In this document: one piece after another, positions 47,805 to 57,095 of the stretch
Numbering within the stretch: the stretch's first letter is position 1
How the letters are laid out: each line of letters opens with the position of its first letter
Assembly (NCBI GenBank): GCA_001781415.1
Contig: MFLT01000003.1
Location: 6,672 to 70,671, forward strand
Length of the DNA stretch: 64,000 nucleotides
Reading direction: 5' to 3'
DNA from: Candidatus Kaiserbacteria bacterium RIFCSPLOWO2_01_FULL_45_25
Lineage (GTDB): Bacteria; Patescibacteriota; Minisyncoccia; Phycocordibacterales; UBA918
Notes under the pieces: model-generated
What the model was told of the DNA's origin: nothing
The model's database searches: none
Seen by the model: only the letters and a program-made list of their open reading frames with translations
Position numbers and translations under genes: made by a program

Positions 47805-48199
47805 CCAAAACACCCGAGCAACGTAAAAGGCGCCCCTCCAGGCGCCTTTTACTTTGTACAACGTAGAGTTTTGGCCTGCGCGCTTTGCTCGTATTACCGA
47901 GCGTTGTATAGAGATACATCACCACCGCGCAAACCTGTGTATAGCTTCCCATGGGTAAGTACGAGCGTCAACGAAATATTTAAACCTTATTTTGAGCCAC
48001 CCTGTGCATAAACCTGTGCAAAACACCATGTATAACCACTGGTATATCCCCAGTGATAACTATGAGCAAAAGTCTTTGCATTAATTTAGCGATTGTAAGT
48101 GGGTTTTCCTCCCATTTCTACCTCAAATCAAAAGCAACCAAAAGAGTGGAGTTTTCTGGTATCTTTGCTACTATAGTGCGCACAGAGCAGAAGTTATAT

Positions 48200-48271
48200 G
48201 GCCCTATCGTATAACGGCTAGTACACAGGATTCTCATTCCTGGAATCGGAGTTCGATTCTCCGTAGGGTCA
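48200..48271 (+). tRNA. tRNA-Glu(CTC)
   Basis: Acceptor ggcccta/tagggtc, anticodon loop uuCUCau, T-arm cggagttcgattctccg. Confidence 0.7.
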
Positions 48272-48702
48272 CATCGGTATTAAACAAACGACCACTTCTC
48301 AGGAAGTGGTCGTTTGTTTAATAGAAAGCAAAGAGTTTTGCTTTCGTACCGATGTGACAGTCGGAGCACTGTGAGCTTGCGAACAAGCGAGACGGGGTCG
48401 AGAGTACTTAGATTTTTATGAGTAAAACGAAATAAAAAGCTTAGTAACTCGTGACCACAGGAGTGACCACCAATGTTGCCTGCGGCCTGCTGTGAGGCCG
48501 CAGCGATGCCGGAGGCGAGCGAGGCGGGGTCGAGAGTACTTAGCAGAATCTGAGCTTTGCGAAAGATTATGCTTAGATAAAACTTTCTGGGAGATAGTTT
48601 TATCGTGGCACAAATGCAGAACTGAGTGGAGCGAAGACCTTATTTAACGAGCTTGCGAGCTTAGAAACTTGACCCCGATTCTCCGTAGGGTCACACTTTT
48701 TT
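48272..48702 (+). repeat. tRNA-linked composite repeat element, copy H (two tandem cores)
   Basis: Two palindromes, then the inverted 3' end gtaccgatgtgac. Core 1 ...gagacggggtcgagagtacttag...atgagtaaaacgaaataaaaagcttagtaactcgtgacc. Core 2 ccgcagcgatgccggaggcgagcgaggcggggtcgagagtacttagcagaatctgagc..., with the same inserted 28-nt palindrome as copy E. Ends ...gcgagcttagaaacttgacc|ccgattctccgtagggtcaca (direct tRNA 3'-end copy), then a T-run. Confidence 0.6.
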
Positions 48703-48774
48703 GAGCTATATAATAAGACTTGTTTTATACCCAAAGAATACTCTGGAATCATTTTTGTGGTGTAGACTTAATAT

Positions 48775-49437
48775 ATGAAAAATATATTCATTGTAGTTTT
48801 ATTGATACTACTATCGGGGGTAGGAGTATTTATTTATACAAATGTAAAAAATAATGATTTACCCTCAAATGAAAAGGTTACCTACACTAATAATTTACTT
48901 GGTTATTCAGTAGTTTTACCAGATGGATATGAAGTGGCTGAAGAATATACAAAATTTGTTAATCAAGACCTTGAATTAGGATCTATAACATATGAAGATA
49001 AAGTTTTTGATATCCAACGAGCAGAAATTATTGTCTTTTCTCCTGACACAATAGAAGAGCAGCTAGAGACAATAAATAGAGCATCATCATATTCAAACGA
49101 AGGTAAAATGCTTACTCAAGAACCAAACTACATCTATATTGAACCAAATCCAGTTTCACCAGAGATAAGAAATCGTTTAGAGGAGAAACTACAAGAAATA
49201 AACCCAAAAGATGAAGATGGATTCCGTCTAGCTAATACACCTTTAATGTTTAGTGCGGAAAAAGTACAAGAAAGAATTATAAAGACAGTTTTGCTTGAAG
49301 AGACAAAAAAATACTATGTCAACGAAAGTTACAATGATACTGGATATCAAGAGGTGTATGGCTTAGACATTGTTGTTCCAAATAATAATGAGGCTAAACA
49401 AATTGTAGCCAAGATGATAGCTAGTCTAGAATATTAG
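48775..49437 (+). CDS. Hypothetical membrane-anchored protein, strongly AT-rich
   Basis: N-terminal TM helix. Lys/Asn/Glu/Ile/Tyr-rich composition, unlike neighbouring genes. Confidence 0.45.
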   Translation: MKNIFIVVLLILLSGVGVFIYTNVKNNDLPSNEKVTYTNNLLGYSVVLPDGYEVAEEYTKFVNQDLELGSITYEDKVFDIQRAEIIVFSPDTIEEQLETINRASSYSNEGKMLTQEPNYIYIEPNPVSPEIRNRLEEKLQEINPKDEDGFRLANTPLMFSAEKVQERIIKTVLLEETKKYYVNESYNDTGYQEVYGLDIVVPNNNEAKQIVAKMIASLEY

Positions 49438-49561
49438 TAATTGTTATCTACTTCCCAAACCCCTCCAAGACTTCATCTCCTTAACAAGTTGGTTCCAATT
49501 CGTAATACTTAGTGTCACAACGGGTACAGAAAAAGCGGGACGATTCTCCGTAGATTAACAT

Positions 49562-49590
49562 TGACAAACAGCACATAACGTGCTATTGTG
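49562..49590 (+). promoter_or_regulatory. Sigma70-like promoter
   Basis: TTGACAaacagcacataacgtgcTATTGT. Confidence 0.45.
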
Positions 49591-49650
49591 TCAACAATGT
49601 CCGCCCAGAAAGCGACAGTGTCCCTATCAACACCACCTGGAGAAAGTCTC

Positions 49651-49959
49651 ATGGAACTCGTCAAAGTCTCCTCTCCCGTTTCCCGTGTCCGCAAGTTCGT
49701 GTCGCGCGTGCATTGGCCGAGTCGTCGGCAAGTCGCTAAGCGTGGTTGCGACCCCTATGTCGAATTCGACATCCGTGGAAGGACCTACCGCGCGCACTTC
49801 ATCGCAACGGCCGACATGAAAACGGAGCGTACGCACAGCGTGTACGTGACGGCGCAGGGGCCGAACATCAAGGTCTCGTCAATCGACGACTCGGGCCTGC
49901 AGGTCGGCAAGGTCTTTGTGGTCTACGAAGACCCTTTTGCTCTCCTGAAGTACGCCTGA
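49651..49959 (+). CDS. Hypothetical small protein, strongly GC-rich (start at MELVKV)
   Basis: RBS ggagaaagtctcATG. Followed by two hairpin terminators (49967-50030, 50075-50110). Confidence 0.4.
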   Translation: MELVKVSSPVSRVRKFVSRVHWPSRRQVAKRGCDPYVEFDIRGRTYRAHFIATADMKTERTHSVYVTAQGPNIKVSSIDDSGLQVGKVFVVYEDPFALLKYA

Positions 49960-50127
49960 ACCAACAGCACTGAGCACCAGCTCGCAAAAACAACTCCTAG
50001 GAGTTCGCTTCTGCGAGCTGTTTTTGTTTATAAAATCTGAATTGCTTCTATAGCCGGATAACTGTTACCTGTAGCATTTAAAAAACCGTCCCGAAGGACG
50101 GCTTTGTGCTTGTGGCGGCAGGAGCCA

Positions 50128-50544
50128 CTAGGACGGGAACTTATTGTACACATCTAGTTTTATATCCAAAACCAGACTATTTAATTTGAGAAACATATCC
50201 TCTATCACTTCCTCCGCTTCGTCCAAGCTTTGGTGAATAAGCGTAAGACGTTGACTCATCAAAGTGGTGATTTGTTCGCTGGTCAAATTCTCATCAGCCG
50301 AGTCAACCAAAGACTGGCACATCTCTTTTTCCAGCAAAGAAAACTCGGTCCTAACCAAGGCGAGATAATCACTCTGTCTGATAAAAAACCACTCCTCAAG
50401 CCTTTGCAGCCTGTCCAAAATGGCCACCAACTCCTGTTTGTATGTGGCCTTTCCTTCAAATAGATTTTTAAGCAACAACTCCTCGATCAGGAGGAAGTGC
50501 CGGGCAAAAAACACAAATTCCTTAAGAGTGAATTTGTTGTCCAT
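50128..50544 (-). CDS. Hypothetical alpha-helical protein (start MDNKF at 50544)
   Basis: RBS ggaggtgattATG. Preceded in its leader by the conserved 22-nt motif. Confidence 0.5.
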   Translation of the reverse strand: MDNKFTLKEFVFFARHFLLIEELLLKNLFEGKATYKQELVAILDRLQRLEEWFFIRQSDYLALVRTEFSLLEKEMCQSLVDSADENLTSEQITTLMSQRLTLIHQSLDEAEEVIEDMFLKLNSLVLDIKLDVYNKFPS

Positions 50545-50575
50545 AATCACCTCCTGTTTTAGGTACCGCTCCAAA

Positions 50576-50597
50576 ATGGGAGTTCTAAACCTATTAA
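50576..50597 (-). promoter_or_regulatory. Conserved 5'-leader motif TAGAACTCCCATTTTGGAGCGG (minus-strand sense), copy 1
   Basis: Identical 22-mer in the leaders of 50128..50544 and 52026..52481. Contains a small CUCC/GGAG hairpin. A TTGAAT-N17-TTTAAT promoter lies just upstream. Confidence 0.5.
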
Positions 50598-50674
50598 ACA
50601 CTTATCTTCCCTATAATTCAAATTATTAAAATCAAAACAGCTCGACTTTAGTCGAGCTGTTTTTTCTATTTTCT

Positions 50675-51904
50675 CTACAACCCTTTAGCTTTATACCCAG
50701 CAATTTCTTTCTTCAACTCCACCATTTTCAACTCCCGATTAATCATCATCTTATTCATTTTTTCTGTCTCTTCTAAGCGTTTTTTCAAAATTTCCCCAAT
50801 CTCTCGCACTTTTTCATTTGATTCATCTTCCGCTTTTTCGGCGGCAACAATTTTATCGAGCAGACCATTTATAGATGATGCCAGCACCCCAATTTCATCA
50901 TTAGTCCCTTCTTTGATTCGAATAGATAAATCTTTTTTATCACCTATCTGCCTCACTTTCTTTTCTAGTCTAGTGAAGCGGGCCACCACAAAGAGTTCAA
51001 GAAGCACAATGAGAATTAGTCCGAAAAAGATTAAGAGAGCGCTGGTAGCAATCATATAAAAAGACAGAGTGGCCTTTCCTTGCATATACACGTCTCTAGT
51101 CTCTTCTATCTTTAAAGTGATTAGTGGTTTCCCATAATAATCATTGATTACTTTATATGCAGCGATAGACGCTTCAGACAGTGGACTAACGAACTGATTA
51201 TTCTCAGTTGTTAGAGACTGCTCAGCAGCTATAACATCAGCAGGAGAATCTGGACTTCCGTATGGAAAGACTTCCAAGTTAAGATGAGTGAGAGCACGAA
51301 TCTTGGCAATAACGTTTTTATCTATAAAGGTTCCGAACGTAAGGCTGCCGTGGATTGGACCTTCCCCGGCACTCGTTAATATCGGGAGTGAAGTAAATAA
51401 AAATGGCCCGTTAGTGAATTGCAAAATACCAGAAATAGAACTCTCAGTATCAGGATGAGTTATCAGTTCACGATGTGATTCAAAGTATTCTCTTATTTCG
51501 GTGGAGTCTACCTCTTCCTCAGTCTTACTATCAATGACTCGTATAAACACGACACCACCTTCTGGATTAGCAAAAATCATCGAGTTTATTTCAAGATTGG
51601 CTATGCTGTATGACTTGAGATTGGAGTCGTAATATTCTTGATTTAAATCAGTAACAAATTGATAAGTATCGTCCCAAGTTGCCCAGTCCTGCAGCTTTAC
51701 AGTTAGCTGAGGGAAAAGGTTTTTAATAGCATCATCAGCTCTTTCCAGATCCTTAATTATTTCTTTGGTTTCAATATTTGAATAACTTTGCGGATGGATT
51801 TTAGAAGAAACTACGTAAAGAGTTGAAGCTAGACACAAAATAGATACCAAAATAACCAGAATCATTTTCTGGGTAATAGACAGATCCTTTAGTTTTTGAA
51901 ACAT
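50675..51904 (-). CDS. Membrane sensor with a periplasmic domain, HAMP domain and short C-terminal coiled coil (no kinase, MCP or GGDEF output domain)
   Basis: TM1 (ILVILVSILCLASTLYVV), ~250-aa extracytoplasmic domain, TM2, HAMP-like segment VVARFTRLEKKVRQIGDKKDLSIRIKEGTNDEIGVLASSINGLL, then ~70 aa of coiled coil. Confidence 0.55.
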   Translation of the reverse strand: MFQKLKDLSITQKMILVILVSILCLASTLYVVSSKIHPQSYSNIETKEIIKDLERADDAIKNLFPQLTVKLQDWATWDDTYQFVTDLNQEYYDSNLKSYSIANLEINSMIFANPEGGVVFIRVIDSKTEEEVDSTEIREYFESHRELITHPDTESSISGILQFTNGPFLFTSLPILTSAGEGPIHGSLTFGTFIDKNVIAKIRALTHLNLEVFPYGSPDSPADVIAAEQSLTTENNQFVSPLSEASIAAYKVINDYYGKPLITLKIEETRDVYMQGKATLSFYMIATSALLIFFGLILIVLLELFVVARFTRLEKKVRQIGDKKDLSIRIKEGTNDEIGVLASSINGLLDKIVAAEKAEDESNEKVREIGEILKKRLEETEKMNKMMINRELKMVELKKEIAGYKAKGL

Positions 51905-52025
51905 ACAATTACTATTGAGTATATAACTTTGCCTTATTAAGACAACGATTTATATACACCTATCAATCACTTAAATATTAAAATTGAAAACAGCTCGACC
52001 AAGGTCGAGCTGTTTGATTTGAGCT

Positions 52026-52481
52026 TCAGCGCCGCTTCTTGCGAGCTGGCAATGAAACGCCGTACGTGATCGTGAGTTCACAAGTGATCTTACTGACCAT
52101 TTTAATGTATACGGCCTGCACCTGCATAACACTTGCTTCAAATTCGGCTGCTTGAACCGCCCACTTCGATACGTCAGCAGTCAGAGCTTTTTTCTGCTCT
52201 TGAAGACCCAAGTCAGGTGGGCGAATCTTTTCTGTAAAAGCAGTCCAGTGAATATTATCTACTGCAGCCAAGAAGAGCTCGTCTTGCCGACTCACGTAAT
52301 CAGCCAAAATTGATTCAAAGCCAGATTCCAGCTCCGTAACAAAATCAGTGCAGGCGTTACGCACAATGAGTGCCTGTATGTACTGAGCTTCTTTGGGGAG
52401 TACTTTTATTTTATCGTTGGCTGCCCTAAGCGCAGCCAGGCGTTGTTTCCAAACACTAAAATACTTGTCCAGATTAATCAT
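52026..52481 (-). CDS. Hypothetical alpha-helical protein (start MINLDK at 52481)
   Basis: RBS ggaggtgtgtgATG. The leader carries the conserved 22-nt motif. Confidence 0.5.
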   Translation of the reverse strand: MINLDKYFSVWKQRLAALRAANDKIKVLPKEAQYIQALIVRNACTDFVTELESGFESILADYVSRQDELFLAAVDNIHWTAFTEKIRPPDLGLQEQKKALTADVSKWAVQAAEFEASVMQVQAVYIKMVSKITCELTITYGVSLPARKKRR

Positions 52482-52506
52482 CACACACCTCCGCGGTTTC
52501 AAAGAC

Positions 52507-52528
52507 CCGCTCCAAAATGGGAGTTCTA
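52507..52528 (-). promoter_or_regulatory. Conserved 5'-leader motif TAGAACTCCCATTTTGGAGCGG, copy 2
   Basis: Same 22-mer as copy 1. A TTGACA -35 lies upstream. Confidence 0.5.
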
Positions 52529-52599
52529 CACTAATTAGATTCCTGTCCAGGTACTATGTCAAGAAAAAAGTCGAGCATAACGCCCGACTTTTTTGAGGA

Positions 52600-53010
52600 C
52601 TACATCCCAAGCAGTAGTTGCCGCTCATTTGATACCAGCTGCCTCAGCTCGGCAATCTTATCAGCAATCCGCTCGCGCGTCTCAGTCACTTCAGCCTCCA
52701 GACCAGATAGCTGGGCGGCAAAGACAAACCTTGACTCAACTCTGTTGGTAGACTTGTCCATTTGGAGCAACTCGCCCTCTGACTTTTGCATAAGCGAAAA
52801 TGAAGCCATCACTTGGCCAAGCTCCCCGAGCATCATTCGCTCAGCTGAACGCAAGACCAAGTCCAGACTATCAAGTTCGTAACGAATACCAGCACGCAAT
52901 TTGAGCTTGTCCTCCTCTGGCAAACCAAGTTGCAACAAGAGGCGCGCGGTACGCTCACACTGATCTACTATCAGGCGAGCCAGAGTTTCTATCACATCAA
53001 GTGAGTTCAC
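52600..53010 (-). CDS. Hypothetical alpha-helical protein (probable GTG start at 53010; the ORF-track start at 53073 abuts a terminator hairpin and has no RBS)
   Basis: RBS ggaggtgtgctGTG. Confidence 0.4.
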   Translation of the reverse strand: MNSLDVIETLARLIVDQCERTARLLLQLGLPEEDKLKLRAGIRYELDSLDLVLRSAERMMLGELGQVMASFSLMQKSEGELLQMDKSTNRVESRFVFAAQLSGLEAEVTETRERIADKIAELRQLVSNERQLLLGM

Positions 53011-53299
53011 AGCACACCTCCGTAGGTTAAGACAATCTATGACTATATAACTCCTAAAGGCAATGTTGGTCAAGCTTGCTTATATTTGAAAATAGGCGCC
53101 AATGGCGCCTATTTTCAAACAGCATGAACTAATTAAGCCACAATCCCACCCCAGTACTTACCAACCGTAAATGCAAAACAAAGTGTAATAGCCCAAATAA
53201 CGAGTTGATCTGTAGTTATATTTTTCATAGTGATTATTTAAAAACTCTACTACTATTCTACACCGCCTAGAGATATACCCCTTCACAGATATAAACAGA

Positions 53300-55114
53300 C
53301 TATTCAACCGTCACGCTCTTGGCCAAGTTTCTTGGACGGTCAACATTAAGTCCTTTAGCTACACCAACATGGTAAGCAAAGAGCTGTAATGGCAACACTG
53401 CCACAATTGGCTGAAGTAGTGGATGAACCTTTGGCATATAAATAACGTCATCAGCTACGGCTGAGATTTGTAGATCTCCCTCCGTGGCCAATGCCACTAC
53501 TGGCGCTAGACGAGCTCGGACTTCTTCGATATTTGAAATCATTTTTTCATACACATCGTTTTGCGGCACAATAGCCAGTACAGGGAAATCTTTATCGAGC
53601 ATGGCAATTGGGCCATGCTTTAATTCCCCGCCCGCATACGCCTCAGCGTGAATGTACGAAACCTCTTTCAACTTAAGAGCGCCTTCATAGGCAATTGGCG
53701 AATGAAACGTTCGTCCGATATACATAAAGTCTCTATATTGTGCATACTTCTTGGCCACCTTAGCAATCTCATCGTTCTTCTTTAGGACCGCCCGCATGGT
53801 CTCAGGTAGTGACTGCAAAGCTTTAACAATATCCAAACCTTCTGCCTTGGACATACCTCGCTGGCGCCCCAGGTATAGAGCCATGAGAGCAAAAGCAGTA
53901 AGTTGTGATATATAGGCCTTGGTCGACGCTACTGCCACCTCTGGGCCAGCGTGATTATAGATACCAGCATCTACCTCACGCGCAATGGCTGAGCCGACCA
54001 CGTTTACCATACCAAGGGTGAGCATCTGCATACTCTTGGCTTTTTCAACTGAAGCTCTGGTATCGGCCGTTTCACCAGACTGACTCACAAACAACGCTGC
54101 CGCTTTTTTGTCTGGGTAAGTCTTTTTGTAACGATACTCACTGCCGAGCTCTACCTCAACCGGGATATGAGCATACTCTTCTAGCATGTACCGCCCCACC
54201 TCTCCGGCATAGTACGCAGAGCCGCAACCAATAATATGCAGTCTCTGAATATGTTTAATGCGTTCTTCAACCATCTCCAATCCGCCGAGTTTGGCAGTAC
54301 CCTCTTCGACATTGAGTCGGCCTCGAAGGGTGTTCAAGACCACCTCTGGTGCCTCAAACATTTCTTTCAGCATGAAGTGAGCAAAACCGTTTTTTTGTAC
54401 TGCCTCATGTTCCCATTCCACTATCTCAGATTTTTTGGTTTTCTTTTCGCCTCGGATAGTAGTTACTTCAAAAGAATCTTTGCTCACACTAGCTATTTCA
54501 CCGTCATCCAAATACACCACCCGTTTGGTGTGTACCAGGAGTGCAGAAGGATCGGAGGCAATAAAGTTTCCTTCTTTTCCGAGACCAAGCACAATCGGGC
54601 TTCCCATTCTTGCCACGATGATTTTGTTTGGTTCGTGTTCACTCACCACCGCCAGACCATACGTACCACGCACCGCTCGCAAGGCCAAGCGTGTAGCTTC
54701 GAGTAAGTCACCTTTATAAAACGAACCGATGAGCTTAACCAACACTTCGGTATCCGTCTCAGAATAAAAAGTAATTCCCTGTACGGCCAGTCCTTCTTTA
54801 AGTTCACGGTAATTTTCAATAATGCCGTTATGGACCAGCCAAATCCGTCCACTCATATCGTGGTGTGGATGAGCATTCTTTTCTGATGGGGCACCGTGGG
54901 TAGCCCAACGAGTATGAGCTATGCCAGCAGTACCTTGGATATCTTTGGGGAGTTTGGCCTCCAGACTACTAATTGGACCAGCGGCTTTTATAACACCGTG
55001 ACCATGGACAAAAATACCAGCTGAGTCATAGCCGCGGTATTCAAGGGTACGTAATCCTTCAAGCAGAAATGGTGCTGCTTTCTCAGTTCCTATGTATCCA
55101 AATATTCCACACAT
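53300..55114 (-). CDS. glmS: Glutamine--fructose-6-phosphate aminotransferase
   Basis: N-terminal MCGIFGYIG (Ntn amidotransferase), two SIS domains, C-terminal ...VDRPRNLAKSVTVE. Confidence 0.95.
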   Translation of the reverse strand: MCGIFGYIGTEKAAPFLLEGLRTLEYRGYDSAGIFVHGHGVIKAAGPISSLEAKLPKDIQGTAGIAHTRWATHGAPSEKNAHPHHDMSGRIWLVHNGIIENYRELKEGLAVQGITFYSETDTEVLVKLIGSFYKGDLLEATRLALRAVRGTYGLAVVSEHEPNKIIVARMGSPIVLGLGKEGNFIASDPSALLVHTKRVVYLDDGEIASVSKDSFEVTTIRGEKKTKKSEIVEWEHEAVQKNGFAHFMLKEMFEAPEVVLNTLRGRLNVEEGTAKLGGLEMVEERIKHIQRLHIIGCGSAYYAGEVGRYMLEEYAHIPVEVELGSEYRYKKTYPDKKAAALFVSQSGETADTRASVEKAKSMQMLTLGMVNVVGSAIAREVDAGIYNHAGPEVAVASTKAYISQLTAFALMALYLGRQRGMSKAEGLDIVKALQSLPETMRAVLKKNDEIAKVAKKYAQYRDFMYIGRTFHSPIAYEGALKLKEVSYIHAEAYAGGELKHGPIAMLDKDFPVLAIVPQNDVYEKMISNIEEVRARLAPVVALATEGDLQISAVADDVIYMPKVHPLLQPIVAVLPLQLFAYHVGVAKGLNVDRPRNLAKSVTVE

Positions 55115-55229
55115 ATATCTAATATTACTCCCATTTTACAGTTTTAGTTACAGCCAGCTCCCAAGAACTTAATATTTCAGTTACCAATAAATTATGCTAT
55201 TATCGTGCCACGCAGAATAGGATAATTAA

Positions 55230-55305
55230 GTCCGATTAGCTCAGCTGGTAGAGCGCTTCGTCGACATCGAAGAGGTCACAGGTTCAAGTCCTGTATCGGA
55301 CACCA
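55230..55305 (+). tRNA. tRNA-Val(GAC), CCA encoded
   Basis: Acceptor gtccgat/atcggac, anticodon loop ucGACau, T-arm acaggttcaagtcctgt, then a-CCA. Confidence 0.8.
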
Positions 55306-55344
55306 TTATAAAAAGCCCCGGGTGGGGCTTTTTATAATGGTGTC
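55299..55344. repeat. 46-nt perfect palindrome spanning the tRNA-Val 3' end and its terminator (left boundary of the islet)
   Basis: gacaccattataaaaagccccgggtggggctttttataatggtgtc. Confidence 0.7.
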
Positions 55345-55623
55345 TTTAATTGTACCAAGTCCGAACCTGCTTCCAAAACAAATGATGTCATACGCGCCGA
55401 GCTCGTGGTGGTTTTGTACCTCTCCGTGCGCTCAACGTTCGTGGTGACGCCTCGGCCCACGCTAGCAAGCTCGCGTGGCGCACTTACAAAAAATTTTCTT
55501 ATCTTTTTATCGGCTCCTCCGCCGACACCTCCGCCGAAAGGCGAAAAGATATGGAAAAGAAATTTTTGGAGTGCGACGGCACTATCAAGGGAATACAAAA
55601 AGTGATAAAATACGAATACAACT

Positions 55624-56538
55624 ATGGAGAAATACCGACAACCAAAACAGCAATTCTTAACTGGTGCAGAGCTTCTTGAAAGGAACGAAGCGGGACGCGA
55701 ACGTTATAAATTGAAGGCTGGTGCCTATCAATTTGAGTTTGGTTTTCGGAATTTTGGAGAACACGAAGATGACTGGTTATCTCGCGCTAGTGATAGAGCA
55801 TCGGACTGGGAAACTCCGTTTACGTTTGATTATGAGCATCCAAAAGTGGCTGAATTTACAAAAAATCTTTTTCAAGGAGAAAGTAGTTTTGCAAGCCCAG
55901 AGGCAGTACGTGCGCTTGCAGACAGACTCGGACAGTTGATTAGGTCAATGGGCATAAACGAACCAGAATACAACAATAGTTTGAGTGATATTGTGACTTC
56001 TGGGAAAGGTATGTGTGATGCAAAGTCAGTACTATTTGGTTCGTTACTTGCGCGACATACAAACTTGAAAGCACAGGCTATTATTGGGCAGTACGGCAAA
56101 GTGCACGAACGAGTTTCACATCCATTTCATCACCAATGGATGCGTATTAGTGACGGAACGCATGTATATCTCTTTGACCCAATGTATAAACGATTTGCTA
56201 CTTTTGAAAATGAAGGCGATGCGTTTTATCCTCTCGATGAAGAAGATTCTCATTTCAGTAATTTGACTCCCGCTTGCTATCCAGCAGCAAAACTAATGAC
56301 ACAAATGGGCATCAGCCGTTTTGGCGGTGTACAGGTAGTGGAATCGAATAGTGGTGATAGCCATGAGATTTACGTAAGTAGCGAAGAAAGTTTACCTGTT
56401 CAATTGTCAAACAATGCAACATTTTCTTTTGAAATTGATAAAGAAAAAGAATTTGAAATATTCGATGGAGCGATAAAGACGGGTTCGGATGAAACCGCTT
56501 TATATTTTCCTATAAAGGGATTCCGAGAGTTGAAATAA
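55624..56538 (+). CDS. Transglutaminase-like cysteine peptidase-like protein (islet gene 1)
   Basis: GKGMCDAKSVLFGSLLARHTNLKAQAIIGQY...HPFHHQWMRISDGTHVYLFDPM fits the Cys-His-Asp transglutaminase-like core (G.C...a..l...lR..G..Ar...G....H.W.ev......DPt). Confidence 0.6.
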   Translation: MEKYRQPKQQFLTGAELLERNEAGRERYKLKAGAYQFEFGFRNFGEHEDDWLSRASDRASDWETPFTFDYEHPKVAEFTKNLFQGESSFASPEAVRALADRLGQLIRSMGINEPEYNNSLSDIVTSGKGMCDAKSVLFGSLLARHTNLKAQAIIGQYGKVHERVSHPFHHQWMRISDGTHVYLFDPMYKRFATFENEGDAFYPLDEEDSHFSNLTPACYPAAKLMTQMGISRFGGVQVVESNSGDSHEIYVSSEESLPVQLSNNATFSFEIDKEKEFEIFDGAIKTGSDETALYFPIKGFRELK

Positions 56539-56543
56539 AATTT

Positions 56544-56936
56544 ATGAACTTCACAGGCGTAATAATTGAAGAAAGCTTGACTGATTTGTCCATTTTGAAC
56601 GAGATAAAAATTGTTTCTACAGAAGTCGAACTAGTCACAGAAGAACATAAAACTCCATGGTTTAGTCAGTGGACTATGCACACTGTTGAAATTACACCAG
56701 AGAGAGTTGTTGGGGTTGCAGAAAAAATTAGCAAAGCCCTAGACCACACACATAATTGGTACGCGGATTTCAAAACTGATAAAGAGCACTTTGTTATTTA
56801 CCGCAACAAAATTTTTCACATCACCGACCGCTCCGACAAAGCGCAATATAACAAAGCGACCGCTTACGGTATTTCAATCGGTATTCCTGATTATCAAGTA
56901 GACTTTTCACCTCACATAACACAGTGGGAGCGATAG
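56544..56936 (+). CDS. Hypothetical protein (islet gene 2; possible partner or immunity protein, speculative)
   Basis: ORF 5 bp after gene 1; no family recognised. Confidence 0.4.
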   Translation: MNFTGVIIEESLTDLSILNEIKIVSTEVELVTEEHKTPWFSQWTMHTVEITPERVVGVAEKISKALDHTHNWYADFKTDKEHFVIYRNKIFHITDRSDKAQYNKATAYGISIGIPDYQVDFSPHITQWER

Positions 56937-56972
56937 TTATGAAAATAACCATCCTTGGAAATTGTGGAAAAA

Positions 56973-57022
56973 GACACCATTATAAAAAGCCCCACCCGGG
57001 GCTTTTTATAATGGTGTCCGAT
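56973..57022. repeat. Second copy of the tRNA-Val 3'-end/terminator palindrome (right boundary of the islet)
   Basis: gacaccattataaaaagccccacccggggctttttataatggtgtccgat. The left arm repeats the last 9 nt of tRNA-Val plus its terminator. Confidence 0.7.
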
Positions 57023-57095
57023 AAAACAAACGGGCTTACGCACCACCCTCACGCACTCCACTGACTCATATTCAATTCTAAGCTATAATTCTTAT

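Noticed and set aside
53130-53227. 31-aa hydrophobic micro-ORF downstream of the glmS 3' end (a Tn7-like attachment region was considered)
   Set aside because: No Tn7 end repeats or tns genes. Too short to call.
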